From: Chrysochromulina tobinii
Taxonomy: Eukaryota
NCBI GenBank assembly: GCA_001275005.1
Contig: JWZX01003246.1
Coordinates: 1 to 35,637 of the forward strand
DNA length: 35,637 nt
Direction of reading: 5' to 3'
In this document: positions 10,602 through 20,608 of the stretch, one piece after another
Layout of the letters: every line of letters begins with the position of its first letter
Position numbering within the stretch: position 1 is the first letter of the stretch
Translations under genes and position numbers: made by a program
Notes under the pieces: generated by a model
What the model was told of the DNA's origin: nothing
The model's input: only the letters and a program-made list of their open reading frames with translations
Database searches by the model: none

Positions 10602-12224
10602 ATGTCGAGGCTTCGAGCATGCCGAGCCTCCGATTTCACGCCTCGGGTGCAACTCGCCATCCTTATTGCCTGGGTTCTGTTTGCCAACCACTGGGCTAGG
10701 GATAGCCTTGGCGCGCTCGAGCTGCCACTCGAATCACCCTCGGATGGCTACCGCCTTTCACCCAAGGAGTACAACGGCCTCTCAACAGCGTACTTCTTGC
10801 CCAACTGTATCGTCCCACTCATCGGTGGCGTACTCGCGCAGCGCGGCAACGCTGGCGGCATTTATGTCAGGTTCTTGTGCATACTCTTGCTCGGCTGCGT
10901 GCTGGTTGGTGCAAGTGCTCTAGTCGCCCATGCGACATTCGGCTGCGATGGTGCATGTTCCAAAGTGCCGTACGCGTTGCTCCTGGCCGGCCGCACGCTC
11001 ATGGGCGTTTCTTATGAGGCGACGGACATGATCGGGCCGATCACCTCTCTGCAGCCACGCTTTGCAGACGTATGGGCTACGCTGGTGTCCATCATCAACG
11101 GGATTAATCGACTCGGCTCAGTGCTCAATTTCCTCATCGAGCCGCTGCTCTATGACGCGTTTGGACTGCGAGGCGCTCTGCTCGTTCCGTCAGCGCTGGG
11201 TGCGTCCACTGTGCTGGCCGGCATGGCTGCAAGGCGAATCCACGAGCGATATCCGCTCGATGCGCCTGGCAGCGCCGAGACCTCCGCCTCAACTGGGGTC
11301 GAATTAACATCCTCGAAGCAGATGGTGGCAGACGGCGAAACGGCTGAGAGCGACGATGTGGAAGCGGCGGCCTCACCCGCGTACGCCGTCAGCGAGGGCG
11401 GAGGCGTGCTCTCGCAGCTCGCTCGACTCTTCGGAGTCACCGTGCAGGACCTCAGGCAGGGACTAGGACTGCGTTTTTGGCTCTTTCTCGGAGGAGCAGC
11501 ATGCACTTACGGAGCGGTGGTCCCGTTCTGGTTCATCGGCGCGAAGCACATCTCTGTAGCTTGGGGCTATTCGCTCACCGCGGCGGACGTGATGATGCTC
11601 TTCCCTGAGGGCCTCATAGGGATCATCGGTCCGGTGCTCGGCTGCATCGTCGACCGTTATCAATGGCGCCTCTCCACACGATTGCTCGTGTCCTCAGTTT
11701 CGCTTGGACTAGTGGCTTGCGCGTTGCTTCTGCTCGCATGGGCGCCTCGCATCGTGCCACCCTTGCCGCTCGTCCTGTTGCTTGGACTCGGCTATGCATT
11801 CGCACAGAATCTGATCTGGATGACCTTCCCCTCTCTCGCTCCGGCTTCCATGCTCAACCTGATAGGCGGCTTGCTAGGCTCGAGTTTGAATGTGGCGCCG
11901 ACGGTGCTCCCGGTGCTCGTTCTGAGCGGCGTGGACTTGTCTCGCGACTTGGCATGCCTCGGTGCGGTTGGGGTCTTCGGCGCCGCGCTGTACTTGGTCG
12001 CGGCTGCGCAGGAGTGCTGCACGAGCGCTGTCGCGAGCTCCTCGAGAGGGATGGACGGTGGGCCGTCCGACGAGGTTTCCAGCGCCTCTACCGAAGGCCG
12101 CCGCAGGGGCGTGGGAGGCAAACGGCGCGACTACTCAGTGCGCCGTGTCAAGACCACCACTGACCGCGAGTCCGTGCTGACCCTGGTGCAAAATGGATCC
12201 GACTCGTCCGCGGTGCCCGTGTGA
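10602..12224 (+). CDS. Major facilitator superfamily transporter (MFSD1-like)
   Basis: About 12 hydrophobic helices in two halves with an acidic central loop. Motifs include 'AYFLPNCIVPLIGGVLA', 'GRTLMG', 'RLGSVLNF' and 'GCIVDRY'. First ATG in frame is 10602. Confidence 0.82.
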   Translation: MSRLRACRASDFTPRVQLAILIAWVLFANHWARDSLGALELPLESPSDGYRLSPKEYNGLSTAYFLPNCIVPLIGGVLAQRGNAGGIYVRFLCILLLGCVLVGASALVAHATFGCDGACSKVPYALLLAGRTLMGVSYEATDMIGPITSLQPRFADVWATLVSIINGINRLGSVLNFLIEPLLYDAFGLRGALLVPSALGASTVLAGMAARRIHERYPLDAPGSAETSASTGVELTSSKQMVADGETAESDDVEAAASPAYAVSEGGGVLSQLARLFGVTVQDLRQGLGLRFWLFLGGAACTYGAVVPFWFIGAKHISVAWGYSLTAADVMMLFPEGLIGIIGPVLGCIVDRYQWRLSTRLLVSSVSLGLVACALLLLAWAPRIVPPLPLVLLLGLGYAFAQNLIWMTFPSLAPASMLNLIGGLLGSSLNVAPTVLPVLVLSGVDLSRDLACLGAVGVFGAALYLVAAAQECCTSAVASSSRGMDGGPSDEVSSASTEGRRRGVGGKRRDYSVRRVKTTTDRESVLTLVQNGSDSSAVPV

Positions 12225-12447
12225 CGGGTCCCGCGGTTGCCATGGGCCCGACCCTTCTTGTTTTATCCGCGAACTCGCCCAGAAATAGTAAATAGTGGAC
12301 ATAGATCTAATTGTGGGCAACCTTACTCTCAAACAGAACGGGCATGGCTTCGTCAAGTTTTCGCCAGTTTTTTCGCACCTCGACCGGAGATCGAAGCTCC
12401 GCGAAAAAACAGTGCTGCAATCCTACCCCGACGACCAGTCGAAAGCC

Positions 12448-13323
12448 ATGATGTTCCCTGTGACTGCTGGCCAATTCGACCTCGTGTACAACGCCCTCTC
12501 GTTCACGCTTGCATCGATGATGGCCTCCACCATCTTCTTCTGGATCCGCATGGGCTCGGTGAGCGAGAAGTACAAGTCGGCCATGACCATCACGTAAAAG
12601 CGCACCCCAAAACGGTCCACACTTCACCCGATCTCGCACTGACCTGTTTGTGCATGACTCGCGCGTGGTTCCTCGTGCAGGGGTCTGGTCACCTTCATTG
12701 CCGCCTACCACTACATCCGCATCTTCAACTCGTGGAATGAGTCCTACCATTACCCAGAGGCTGCCGATGGCGTCGTCCAGGACCCGGTGATCACCGGCCA
12801 GCCGTTCAACGACGCGTACCGGTACATGGACTGGATGCTCACCGTGCCGCTCCTCATGATTGAGATCATCTTCGTCATGGGGCTCTCACCCGAGGAAACC
12901 GCGGCGAAGGCGACCTCCCTCGGCGTTGCCGCCGGCCTCATGATTGTCCTCGGCTACCCCGGCGAGCTCATCATCGAGGGCGACCTCAACGTCCGCTGGA
13001 TGTGGTGGACCCTCGCGATGATCCCCTTCCTGTACGTTGTGCACACCCTCCTCATCGGCCTGCAGGGTGCTATCAAAGAGGAGAAAAACGAGGAGGTCGC
13101 CAAGAAGCTCAACATGGTCTGCTGGGCGACCGTGGTCTCGTGGTGCACGTACCCGATCGTGTACGTCTTCCCGATGCTCGGCCTGGATGGCCCCAGCGCG
13201 GTCGTCGCCATCCAGCTCGGCTACTGCGTGTCCGACATCATCTCCAAGTGCGGCGTTGGCTTCCTCATCTACAACATCACGATCGCCAAATCAAACCCCG
13301 AGGGCTACGCCCAGGTGCATTAA
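12448..13323 (+). CDS. Xanthorhodopsin/proteorhodopsin-type light-driven proton pump, 262 aa; exons 12448-12593 and 12681-13323
   Basis: An 87-bp GT..AG intron (12594-12680, with a CTGAC branch-like motif) joins MMFPVTAGQFDLVYNALSF...SAMTIT to GLVTFIAAYHYIRIF. Helix C reads FNDAYRYMDWMLTVPLLMIE (DTE motif), helix F WCTYPIVY, helix G DIISK (retinal Lys). Confidence 0.95.
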
Positions 13324-13817
13324 GGCTCTGCTCTAAGGCGTCCTCCCTCCCCTCGGGGCTTCGAGTCTCTTGTCGCGACGAAACGAAGCGTGTATCGATG
13401 AGTGCAAGAGGGGATGTGAGGTGGCGAACAGGTCTGGGCGCGACAAGAGCCGCTCAGGATCCTCGTGAAGCAGCCTGGGAGCAACGGGAAACTTGCGTCG
13501 TCCGTCGAATGACTCGATCTGGGCATCGTCCCCAAGTCGATTCGTCAAGCCGCAGCGGGTTCAGCTCGGGACAGATGCGTGTTGGAAGGGCGTGGGTCGC
13601 TCAGAAGCGGCCCGCGGCCCGCGGCCCGACCGGTACCGCAACGAGCGGCATGCCTTCGCTTGCGGTTTTACATTTTAGCTTGACGCAAGGTCGCAACGCC
13701 AACGGCCAACGCATTAGGCTCGGTATAAGGAATAAGCTATGTTCGGCATGCTTTATAAGCAAGGGCCAAGGTTATATCAGGGTATCTAACTTGTTCATGA
13801 GCCGCAACCCCATTTTT

Positions 13818-14997
13818 GGGTCCGGCTCTGAAAAGGTGCGAGAAGGATTAGTAAATAGAGCCTGGGCTGTTCACACTTAAGGGGTAGGTGTGAATGAGGG
13901 GTACCCCGAATGGTCCACAAGACGATCTCAGCGGCAAACGAGCTTCGGGCGCCGCCCCGAGCCCAAAGGTCTTCATCCAAACTTGTGGACCATTCGCGTT
14001 TGGCCGGAAAAGAGAACCACCCGCACACGACGCCCTGACCGTCTCGGGTGGCGAGTGGAAGCATTTTGCGTGGACACTGTGTGCGAGCCCTAGGGAGACA
14101 ACGTGAGATGGGTTGATGGATGGGCCGTATTGCGTGAACGTGGACGGTTACGTCTTGATCGGCACTGGCGCCAAGGGGAGCACTTGCGCGTCGCACCGTG
14201 GATCTGCATGCTCTGCCTGCCTCTTTCCATGTGGTTCATTTGCAGGAATTCTTTCTCATTGTTGGCGTTGGATTCCGAAAGCTTGGGCCGCGTTCGTTAA
14301 GTGCCACTCCTGAGTACGTCATTTTGGCGGGCATTTGCTTTCCACGTGGTGAAGCGTGCGCGACATTCGGGTTGCTTACGCAGGAACTTGAACGCGTGGA
14401 GCCTCCAAGCCGAGCTTGGTGCGTGCGCACAGTGTTCGGCTTGGAGGCGCTTTGAAGTGTTCGGCTTTCACCGCCAGTTGGACGCGTCGCGTAGACTGGC
14501 ACACGGCGTCATGCGCGCACGGCCGCTCCTGATGGCCGCAGGCAGCAATCAGGCGGCGGGCAAGCTGCCGGTCGCATGACACCGTCGTTACTCTACACCG
14601 TCGTCGTCACGCGACGGCGGCGTCGAGTGACTTCTTTTGCGTTCCCTCCGGGGGACGCGCCAATGGGCGCGTCTTCCGACAGTACTGACAACACCGCAGC
14701 CCGATCAAGGCTCGCGCCACCTGGAGAGCTAGGCCCCGCCTTACGGCGCCCGCGCCCGCCTGCCGCAAGCTCTACACTGCTGGAGAATTGCTGGAGGTAG
14801 GCTATCCCGCCAGCGCCGCCGGACCCGCCCGCCGAAAGTAGCCTACGCAGCCCGCATTCATCAGGCCGGCGGCCGCGGCCAATTCGGATGGGTGCTAGGC
14901 GGCTTGAGAGATCGACCCTGAAAATTTTTCGCCTGCGGCGGGCGGACTATTTACTAAAAAACACATCCGTTTCTTACACCTTTTGGGAGCCGGACCC
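13818..14997. mobile_element. Putative non-autonomous DNA transposon (MITE-like) with imperfect terminal inverted repeats
   Basis: 13818-13858 GGGTCCGGCTCTGAAAAGGTGCGAGAAGGATTAGTAAATAG matches the reverse complement of 14947-14997 (GGGTCCGGCTCCCAAAAGGTGTAAGAAACGGATGTGTTTTTTAGTAAATAG). T-runs flank both ends. No convincing internal ORF. Confidence 0.55.
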
Positions 14998-15117
14998 TTT
15001 TTTCAGGAATCACCAGGTACGAAACCACACCTCGATCAGGATCATGCAGTGCGTTTTTGACCATTGACGGCACGGGCGCGCACCGCGGCGCCGCCGCAAT
15101 ACCAGTGGGGGTCCGGA

Positions 15118-16063
15118 CTATTTCTTTGGGTCGGGTTCAACGCGCGTCGTCGGCGTGGACTGCTTAGCGCCCGGGATCCAGTCAAACCAGCCCTGCTGCT
15201 TGGGCGTCGGGCTATTCGGCTGCGTCGCGAGCAGGTGCTTAAGAAAGGCGCGGAAGGTTCGCATGTACGCGACCGAATGCACCGTCTCGAGGTTGTTGTG
15301 CGTCGCGCCGTCAATCCAGGCGGGCTACGCACGCACAGCACGGAGGAGCAAATCGCCGCGGTGAGCACGCCGCGTGAGCATGGTTGCGCTGGCGGGCGGC
15401 AGGCGCTTGGCTCACCGGCAGCGGATGATATTTGGAGGCGGCCGCGTGGAGGTCGTGGCCATTAGACAAGGGGATGACCTCGTCATGGGTTCCGTGGATG
15501 ATTTGGTGCGGGCTCTTACTCGCGGCAAGCCGGCCGATGTTGTTGAAGTAGAGGATGTCCAACGGGTAAAGTTTGGTCGTCGGGAAGAGCACGCGCGAGC
15601 CAGAGGCGAGGCCTGAGACGAGCATGACGCCGCGAAAGCGGTGGCGGCCCGCGAGGTAGCTGGTGGGGCAAGTTCCGATAGACTTGCCGTAGAGCACGAT
15701 GTCGCGCTCGGGTTTGAGCTTGAAGCCATCCACAAGCAGCTGCAGCGCGGCACGCGCGTCTGAGTACATGTTATCCTCCGACGGTGTGCCAGTCGAATGC
15801 CCGTAACCAGAGTACTCGTATGCGAAGACGTCGACCTGCAGCGCGTCTGACATGTAGCTCCAGAAGCCCAGCACGATGCCGAGGTCCTCCGCGTTCGCGT
15901 GCGATACAAGGATGGTCAGCGGGTGGCCCTTCCGAATGTGGAAGGCTGGCAGCCGGTTGCCCTTGTCGTTGTCGAGCCACATGTTGACGTCCTCCTTCCG
16001 GTAAGTTGCCGGTGGCGGGCAGAAGGCCATCTGATTGACAGTGCTCGAGGCGAAGTTGCCCAT
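15118..16063 (-). CDS. ABHD17-like alpha/beta hydrolase (putative protein depalmitoylase), 284 aa; exons 16063-15416 and 15324-15118
   Basis: Contains SHANAEDLG, YEYSGYGHSTG, nucleophile motif GKSIG and IIHGTHDEVI. A 91-bp GT..AG intron (15415-15325) restores PAWIDGATHNNLE with the catalytic His. The N-terminus MGNFAS fits myristoylation. Confidence 0.9.
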
Positions 16064-16544
16064 TGCTCACTTGTCTATTAGCACTCACCGTGCCGGCGAC
16101 GAAGGGCCCGCCTCACCGCTCACGGCCGCTGACGCTCGCATCCAGTGCGAGCAGATGCGCTGTGAACTCGAGTATCCTATACACAACGCGCTTAGCACTT
16201 CGGACTTCCTGCACTGGAATTCAAACACAACGCGCGAAACCTCTGGACACCCACGCATTCTGAGGGCCCATTCTGAGCTTACGACCTCACAGGCCCTCCA
16301 CATCACAGCGAGCGATTAAAACACTCCACCCGCTCCACGCAGCATGTTGGAGCCGATGAATCTGATGACGCCGGCGCGACCCGTCTCAGGCCATGCTACG
16401 CCCCCCGAGCGGACACCGACATCCCCATGACCGCTCCTCGGAAAAGCCCCGATCATTTCACACGTCCGTGCGCCCAAGCCTTGCTGCTCCGCGGCCGGTC
16501 GTCAGCCAGTGGCTGGCTCAGTGCACCCCCGATGCGCAGGTGGC

Positions 16545-17735
16545 TTAGTGCACCCACGCCATCTGAGCGCGCTGCGCCCAGCGTAGCTCGTCCCGACGAT
16601 TCTCGGTGCACGGCACGTAGCGATTGGGGTGCATCGTCTTGGATCGTGGCTGTCGCGTCTTGCCGCCGGCGTCGGGGTCGGCACTGCGCATCATTTGGCG
16701 CGTCGCCCATACGAGGTCGTCGCGCCGCTTGGATGTGGGTACCACGTATGCGTTCGGGAGGCGGCGCGATGAGGAGAGCGTCGAGGGCGGCGCCGGCGAC
16801 GACGTGACCGTCACGATGCGCGGCTTGCCGGTACCGAGGAAGGTGTCGGCGCGCCATTGATGCATCCGCTTTGCATGCATCGACACGGGATCCGACTTGG
16901 CCTTGCGGGGCGTGCTGCCATAGATCTGCGAGCCTAGGCCGCCGAAGAGTTGCGAGGACGCGTTGATTATCACTCCGCCGCCAACGAACCCGTCCACGCA
17001 GGCAGCCGGAGGCGGCGGCGGCGGCATGCTGCCTGTCAACGACACCCTGTCGAGCCCGAGCGACGCCCTCGCCGAAGTCGGCCGCGACGAGTGCAGCGTG
17101 CTGCCAAGGCTCGCGCCACCACCGGCGCCGGCGCCACGCGCAGAGTGCGGCCGCTGCTGCTCGCGTGCCGCCATAGCCGAGGCGCTCCGCAGCATCGACT
17201 TCCTGGCAGCTCCTGGGCTAGGCACCTTGGGGCGCATGGCGTCCCAGTGCGCGGGCTCGAACGCGGGAACGCTCGCCGGCTGCTCTCCCGTCGCATCCAG
17301 GGCCTCGTCTGCCGCGGCGAATGCGGAGCCGTCCGCTGCTTGCTCGCGTGCGATGCTTCCGTCGCCTGCTACCTCCTCCGCTGCGGCGGCGGCCAAAGAC
17401 GCCGGACTCATTGGCGGAGGGCGCTTCTTTGGTGCGCTTTTCGCTGGCTTAGCGCTGGCACGGCCCTTGATGGCCTTGACCGACGATGGCTTGTTCGCCG
17501 GGAGAGCAGGGCGGGTGAGCGCCGGCACGCCCGCGGCCTCAGCGGTGCTCAGTGCCGTCGGATAGCTCAGCGGCGCATCCAGCTGGGCATCTGCCTCACC
17601 GGCCACGTCCATCTGCTCAAAGTCCTGCAGGAACTCGCGCAGGACGTTCTCGGGGATGGATGCACTATTGTAACCGAGAGCTTCGAGCTGCTCGCGCACC
17701 AGTTGCGCGTATTCGTCTTCGTCCCGCGCGCTCAT
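16545..17735 (-). CDS. HYLS1: HYLS1-like centriole/ciliogenesis protein
   Basis: N-terminal VREQLEALGY...VLREFLQD. C-terminal KSDPVS...W motif and PNAYVVPTSKRRDDLVW box resembling the HYLS1 C-terminal domain. The middle is low-complexity. Confidence 0.72.
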   Translation of the reverse strand: MSARDEDEYAQLVREQLEALGYNSASIPENVLREFLQDFEQMDVAGEADAQLDAPLSYPTALSTAEAAGVPALTRPALPANKPSSVKAIKGRASAKPAKSAPKKRPPPMSPASLAAAAAEEVAGDGSIAREQAADGSAFAAADEALDATGEQPASVPAFEPAHWDAMRPKVPSPGAARKSMLRSASAMAAREQQRPHSARGAGAGGGASLGSTLHSSRPTSARASLGLDRVSLTGSMPPPPPPAACVDGFVGGGVIINASSQLFGGLGSQIYGSTPRKAKSDPVSMHAKRMHQWRADTFLGTGKPRIVTVTSSPAPPSTLSSSRRLPNAYVVPTSKRRDDLVWATRQMMRSADPDAGGKTRQPRSKTMHPNRYVPCTENRRDELRWAQRAQMAWVH

Positions 17736-17936
17736 CGTTAAAAACCCAGTGAGACTCTCCCTCCCGCCTTCACAGTCCGGGACTGACTCTTAACAATTGC
17801 CCAGTTCATCGGGCGACCGTGGAGTAACTGGACCGAGACGCCTCGATGACTGACAGCAATTGGGCTGGCCGCCCGACCCACGGCCCCCTTTCCACCGTAG
17901 GTCCCCTTCGCGATACGCGCCGAGTTGGCACGAGCG

Positions 17937-19181
17937 ATGGCCGTCGGTGCGTCGAATGCAGCGTCGAAGGCGGCCACGTCGGCACAGCACCATGCGCCAA
18001 AGCATGCGGTTTGCGTGACAGGCTTGCAGCGCTCCTACCCGGAGATCAGCCACAACCTGCACTACTCGCTCTCGCACCTGTACTCTGGTTGGAGACACGG
18101 TGGTGATAGTACAGCTGCAGACATGGCAGCAGCACAGGCCAGTGAGCAGCAGCGCCTGCAGCAGCGGTCTGATGCGGTGCCACGGTCGAGGCGCTCGCTA
18201 ACTGGCCACGGCGAGCACGGACGTGGCGGTTGGAGCCTTGGCCGCAACGTCGCCTTCTTTGGCGTCAGGCCTGCCAACGACTCGTGGGCGACAGTCCGTA
18301 CTGACCTTCCTCCGCTCATTGGAGAGTCAATCCAGACGCCATGTGGACCATCAAGGCCTGCGTGGTTTTCTGCGTATGCTAAAACGAACGCGCAGCGGGT
18401 CACCTACGGTAACTCGTTCGTGCAGTCGCTCTGCGACCTTCGCGATTGCCTCCAGCTGGTTGAGGACAATGAGAGACGCGTTGGACGGCAGTTTCTGACG
18501 CTCGCGCGCTTGCGGCTCGACCTCGCTTGGGAGACACCGCTGACGATGCCGCAAGTCTTACAGCCCAATGTCGTCTACACGGCGCGTATGAACACCAAGG
18601 CGGGTGTCAACGACAAGTGGGCCATCGGCCGCCGTGCGCCGATGCTTGCGTACCTCACTCGCGTGCAGTTTATCGAGAAGGCTAACAGGCTGTACAACCG
18701 CACCGCAGCCTCTGCGGCGCTCCGTGCATCGATTGCGCGAGACGGGCTGCTGCACTACGAGTGCCCACTGGGCAGCAACAACAAGGCGTTCGTGTGCCAC
18801 CCGAGGCGCATTCGCGGCGCAGAGTGGCAGTACGAATCTGCCGCCCAGGGAGCACTTAGCCACACGCCGCAACGACGTCGCTTCACTCTGACGAGCGAAA
18901 GCTTCCTGCACTGGGCGCTCTGGCGACAGAACGTTAGCGTGGGCTACGACCCGTCGTGGATGTTCTGCAAGTTTGGCAACTCGATCAACACGACGTCGAG
19001 GATCTGCGTGCCGCGCATGCGCAAGCGGAAAAGCTGCGGGAGCCTCGTCTGCCAAGGCGGTCTCACCGACTGCTTTTGCCACAACACGACCTGCTCGCCG
19101 ACCCAGTGGTACTGCGAAAATGTGGCCGGCAAGCAGCTATCGTTAGACCCATGGGATAGTAGCCAGCCAGCGTTGTATTGA
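17937..19181 (+). CDS. Uncharacterised, putative glycosyltransferase-like protein with Cys-rich C-terminus
   Basis: Motif set AVCVTGLQRS ... ARLRLDL ... NDKWAIG ... SESFL. The C-terminal ~70 aa contain many Cys residues. Confidence 0.55.
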   Translation: MAVGASNAASKAATSAQHHAPKHAVCVTGLQRSYPEISHNLHYSLSHLYSGWRHGGDSTAADMAAAQASEQQRLQQRSDAVPRSRRSLTGHGEHGRGGWSLGRNVAFFGVRPANDSWATVRTDLPPLIGESIQTPCGPSRPAWFSAYAKTNAQRVTYGNSFVQSLCDLRDCLQLVEDNERRVGRQFLTLARLRLDLAWETPLTMPQVLQPNVVYTARMNTKAGVNDKWAIGRRAPMLAYLTRVQFIEKANRLYNRTAASAALRASIARDGLLHYECPLGSNNKAFVCHPRRIRGAEWQYESAAQGALSHTPQRRRFTLTSESFLHWALWRQNVSVGYDPSWMFCKFGNSINTTSRICVPRMRKRKSCGSLVCQGGLTDCFCHNTTCSPTQWYCENVAGKQLSLDPWDSSQPALY

Positions 19182-20608
19182 CAGCACTCCGCGCGGCGCG
19201 AACGTGCCGTCCTATCCACGCGCGCGACTCCAGCTTATGCACCCAGCCGCGACCAGTCCCGACCGTGGGAGCCGTCGGCGTCGCCCACCTGCAGCTGCAC
19301 CGACTGCAGGTCCGTCGGACGCCCTGGCAGTATCGATGTGAATGTTACTAGTAGTATGTTGGGCGTTCGTGGTCGCGAGTCTGCGCGGGACCGCGAGATT
19401 TTGCGCGACCTTGCACCTTCGGAGGAGGGTCGGGTTTACGAGTGGGTTTCAACACTCAGCTCTCGGGTCCGTTACCCTATGGTGTTTCAACATAGTGTCG
19501 AGACGGCGAAAGGGCGAATATAAGCGAATATCGTATGAATAACGGGTTCGAACGCCGTGCAGGTGCACGGTTACTTCGAGAAGCCGTTATGTCGTCCTCG
19601 ACCTCGTGCTCGTCGGCATTTAGTCGGCATTAAAGTCAGCGTGCGCGCGCGTCGCAAATAATCGAAAGTTGTGGCGCCGAGCGGCAAACTGAAAACGCTC
19701 ACAGGCTCAGCCACAGGGACACAGGCCCTCAGGCCGGGCTCCGCAGAGTCACGGACACTCAGCTTGAAATCAGCGGTATGTGAGCTTGTGAGGTACTGAG
19801 GTTGGATTGTGTGCACATCCATAACCAGATATGAATTAAATATGAATCCTGACCAAATCCCTCCCCTACCCGCCCTTTTAGCCCCTTGGATATATCACTC
19901 AGTTTGAAATCAGGGAATGAGGTGGAGGAACACGGTTCATTCGCGACGAGGTTGATCAACCGGGAACGATTTCGTGAGGATTGTGAAAATCCAGAGACCA
20001 CGATTATAGCGGACGATTCACGATACATGACTATGTCTATGCACTATCGTTGATCGTACACTACGGTTAACGTTAACGGTAATCTCGCCGAGACTGCAGA
20101 CTCGCCCCGAGCGTGCCCGCCTACCCATGCCCGGCCCGAGCACCAGGCCAAGTCCGCCCGGCAAGCGCGATCGGCGCATGCCGCGCCCGAGGACGACCGC
20201 GACCCCCTTGTTGGGCAAAACCGACTGAACAAAAATTCATAAACATAATCAAACTTCAAAGACAAGAATGATGCACGCCGACACGCCGCCCCCCCGATCG
20301 TCCCCCGGGGCTCCACACCTAGACATTGGGTCATGGATTTAGGTGTTGCGGGAGACAAACAATGCACATGCCCAGTCTGACGGTGCTCGAGCGCTCCAAC
20401 ATCACATGTGCGCCAGCCAGTCGCCGACCTGTCGCAAAGCGCCGCATCGCACATGCGCCCTTACGCGTGCAGGGACACGGCGGCCGCCGTGCGCTGATCC
20501 AACTTTGCCTTCAACTTTCACTCTGATCTGGCTCGTCCGAGGTGGAGGGCTCGTCGGCAGCGTTGGTCTGCTGGTAGAGTGATCCACGCGTGCATCATCC
20601 CTCGCCCT

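Noticed and set aside
12295..12447. Possible N-terminal targeting extension of the rhodopsin
   Set aside because: It starts at GTG, is AT-rich promoter-like sequence and has no hydrophobic signal peptide.
19530..19560. GGTTCGAA T-loop-like motif suggesting a tRNA
   Set aside because: No cloverleaf (D-arm, anticodon arm, acceptor stem) can be built.
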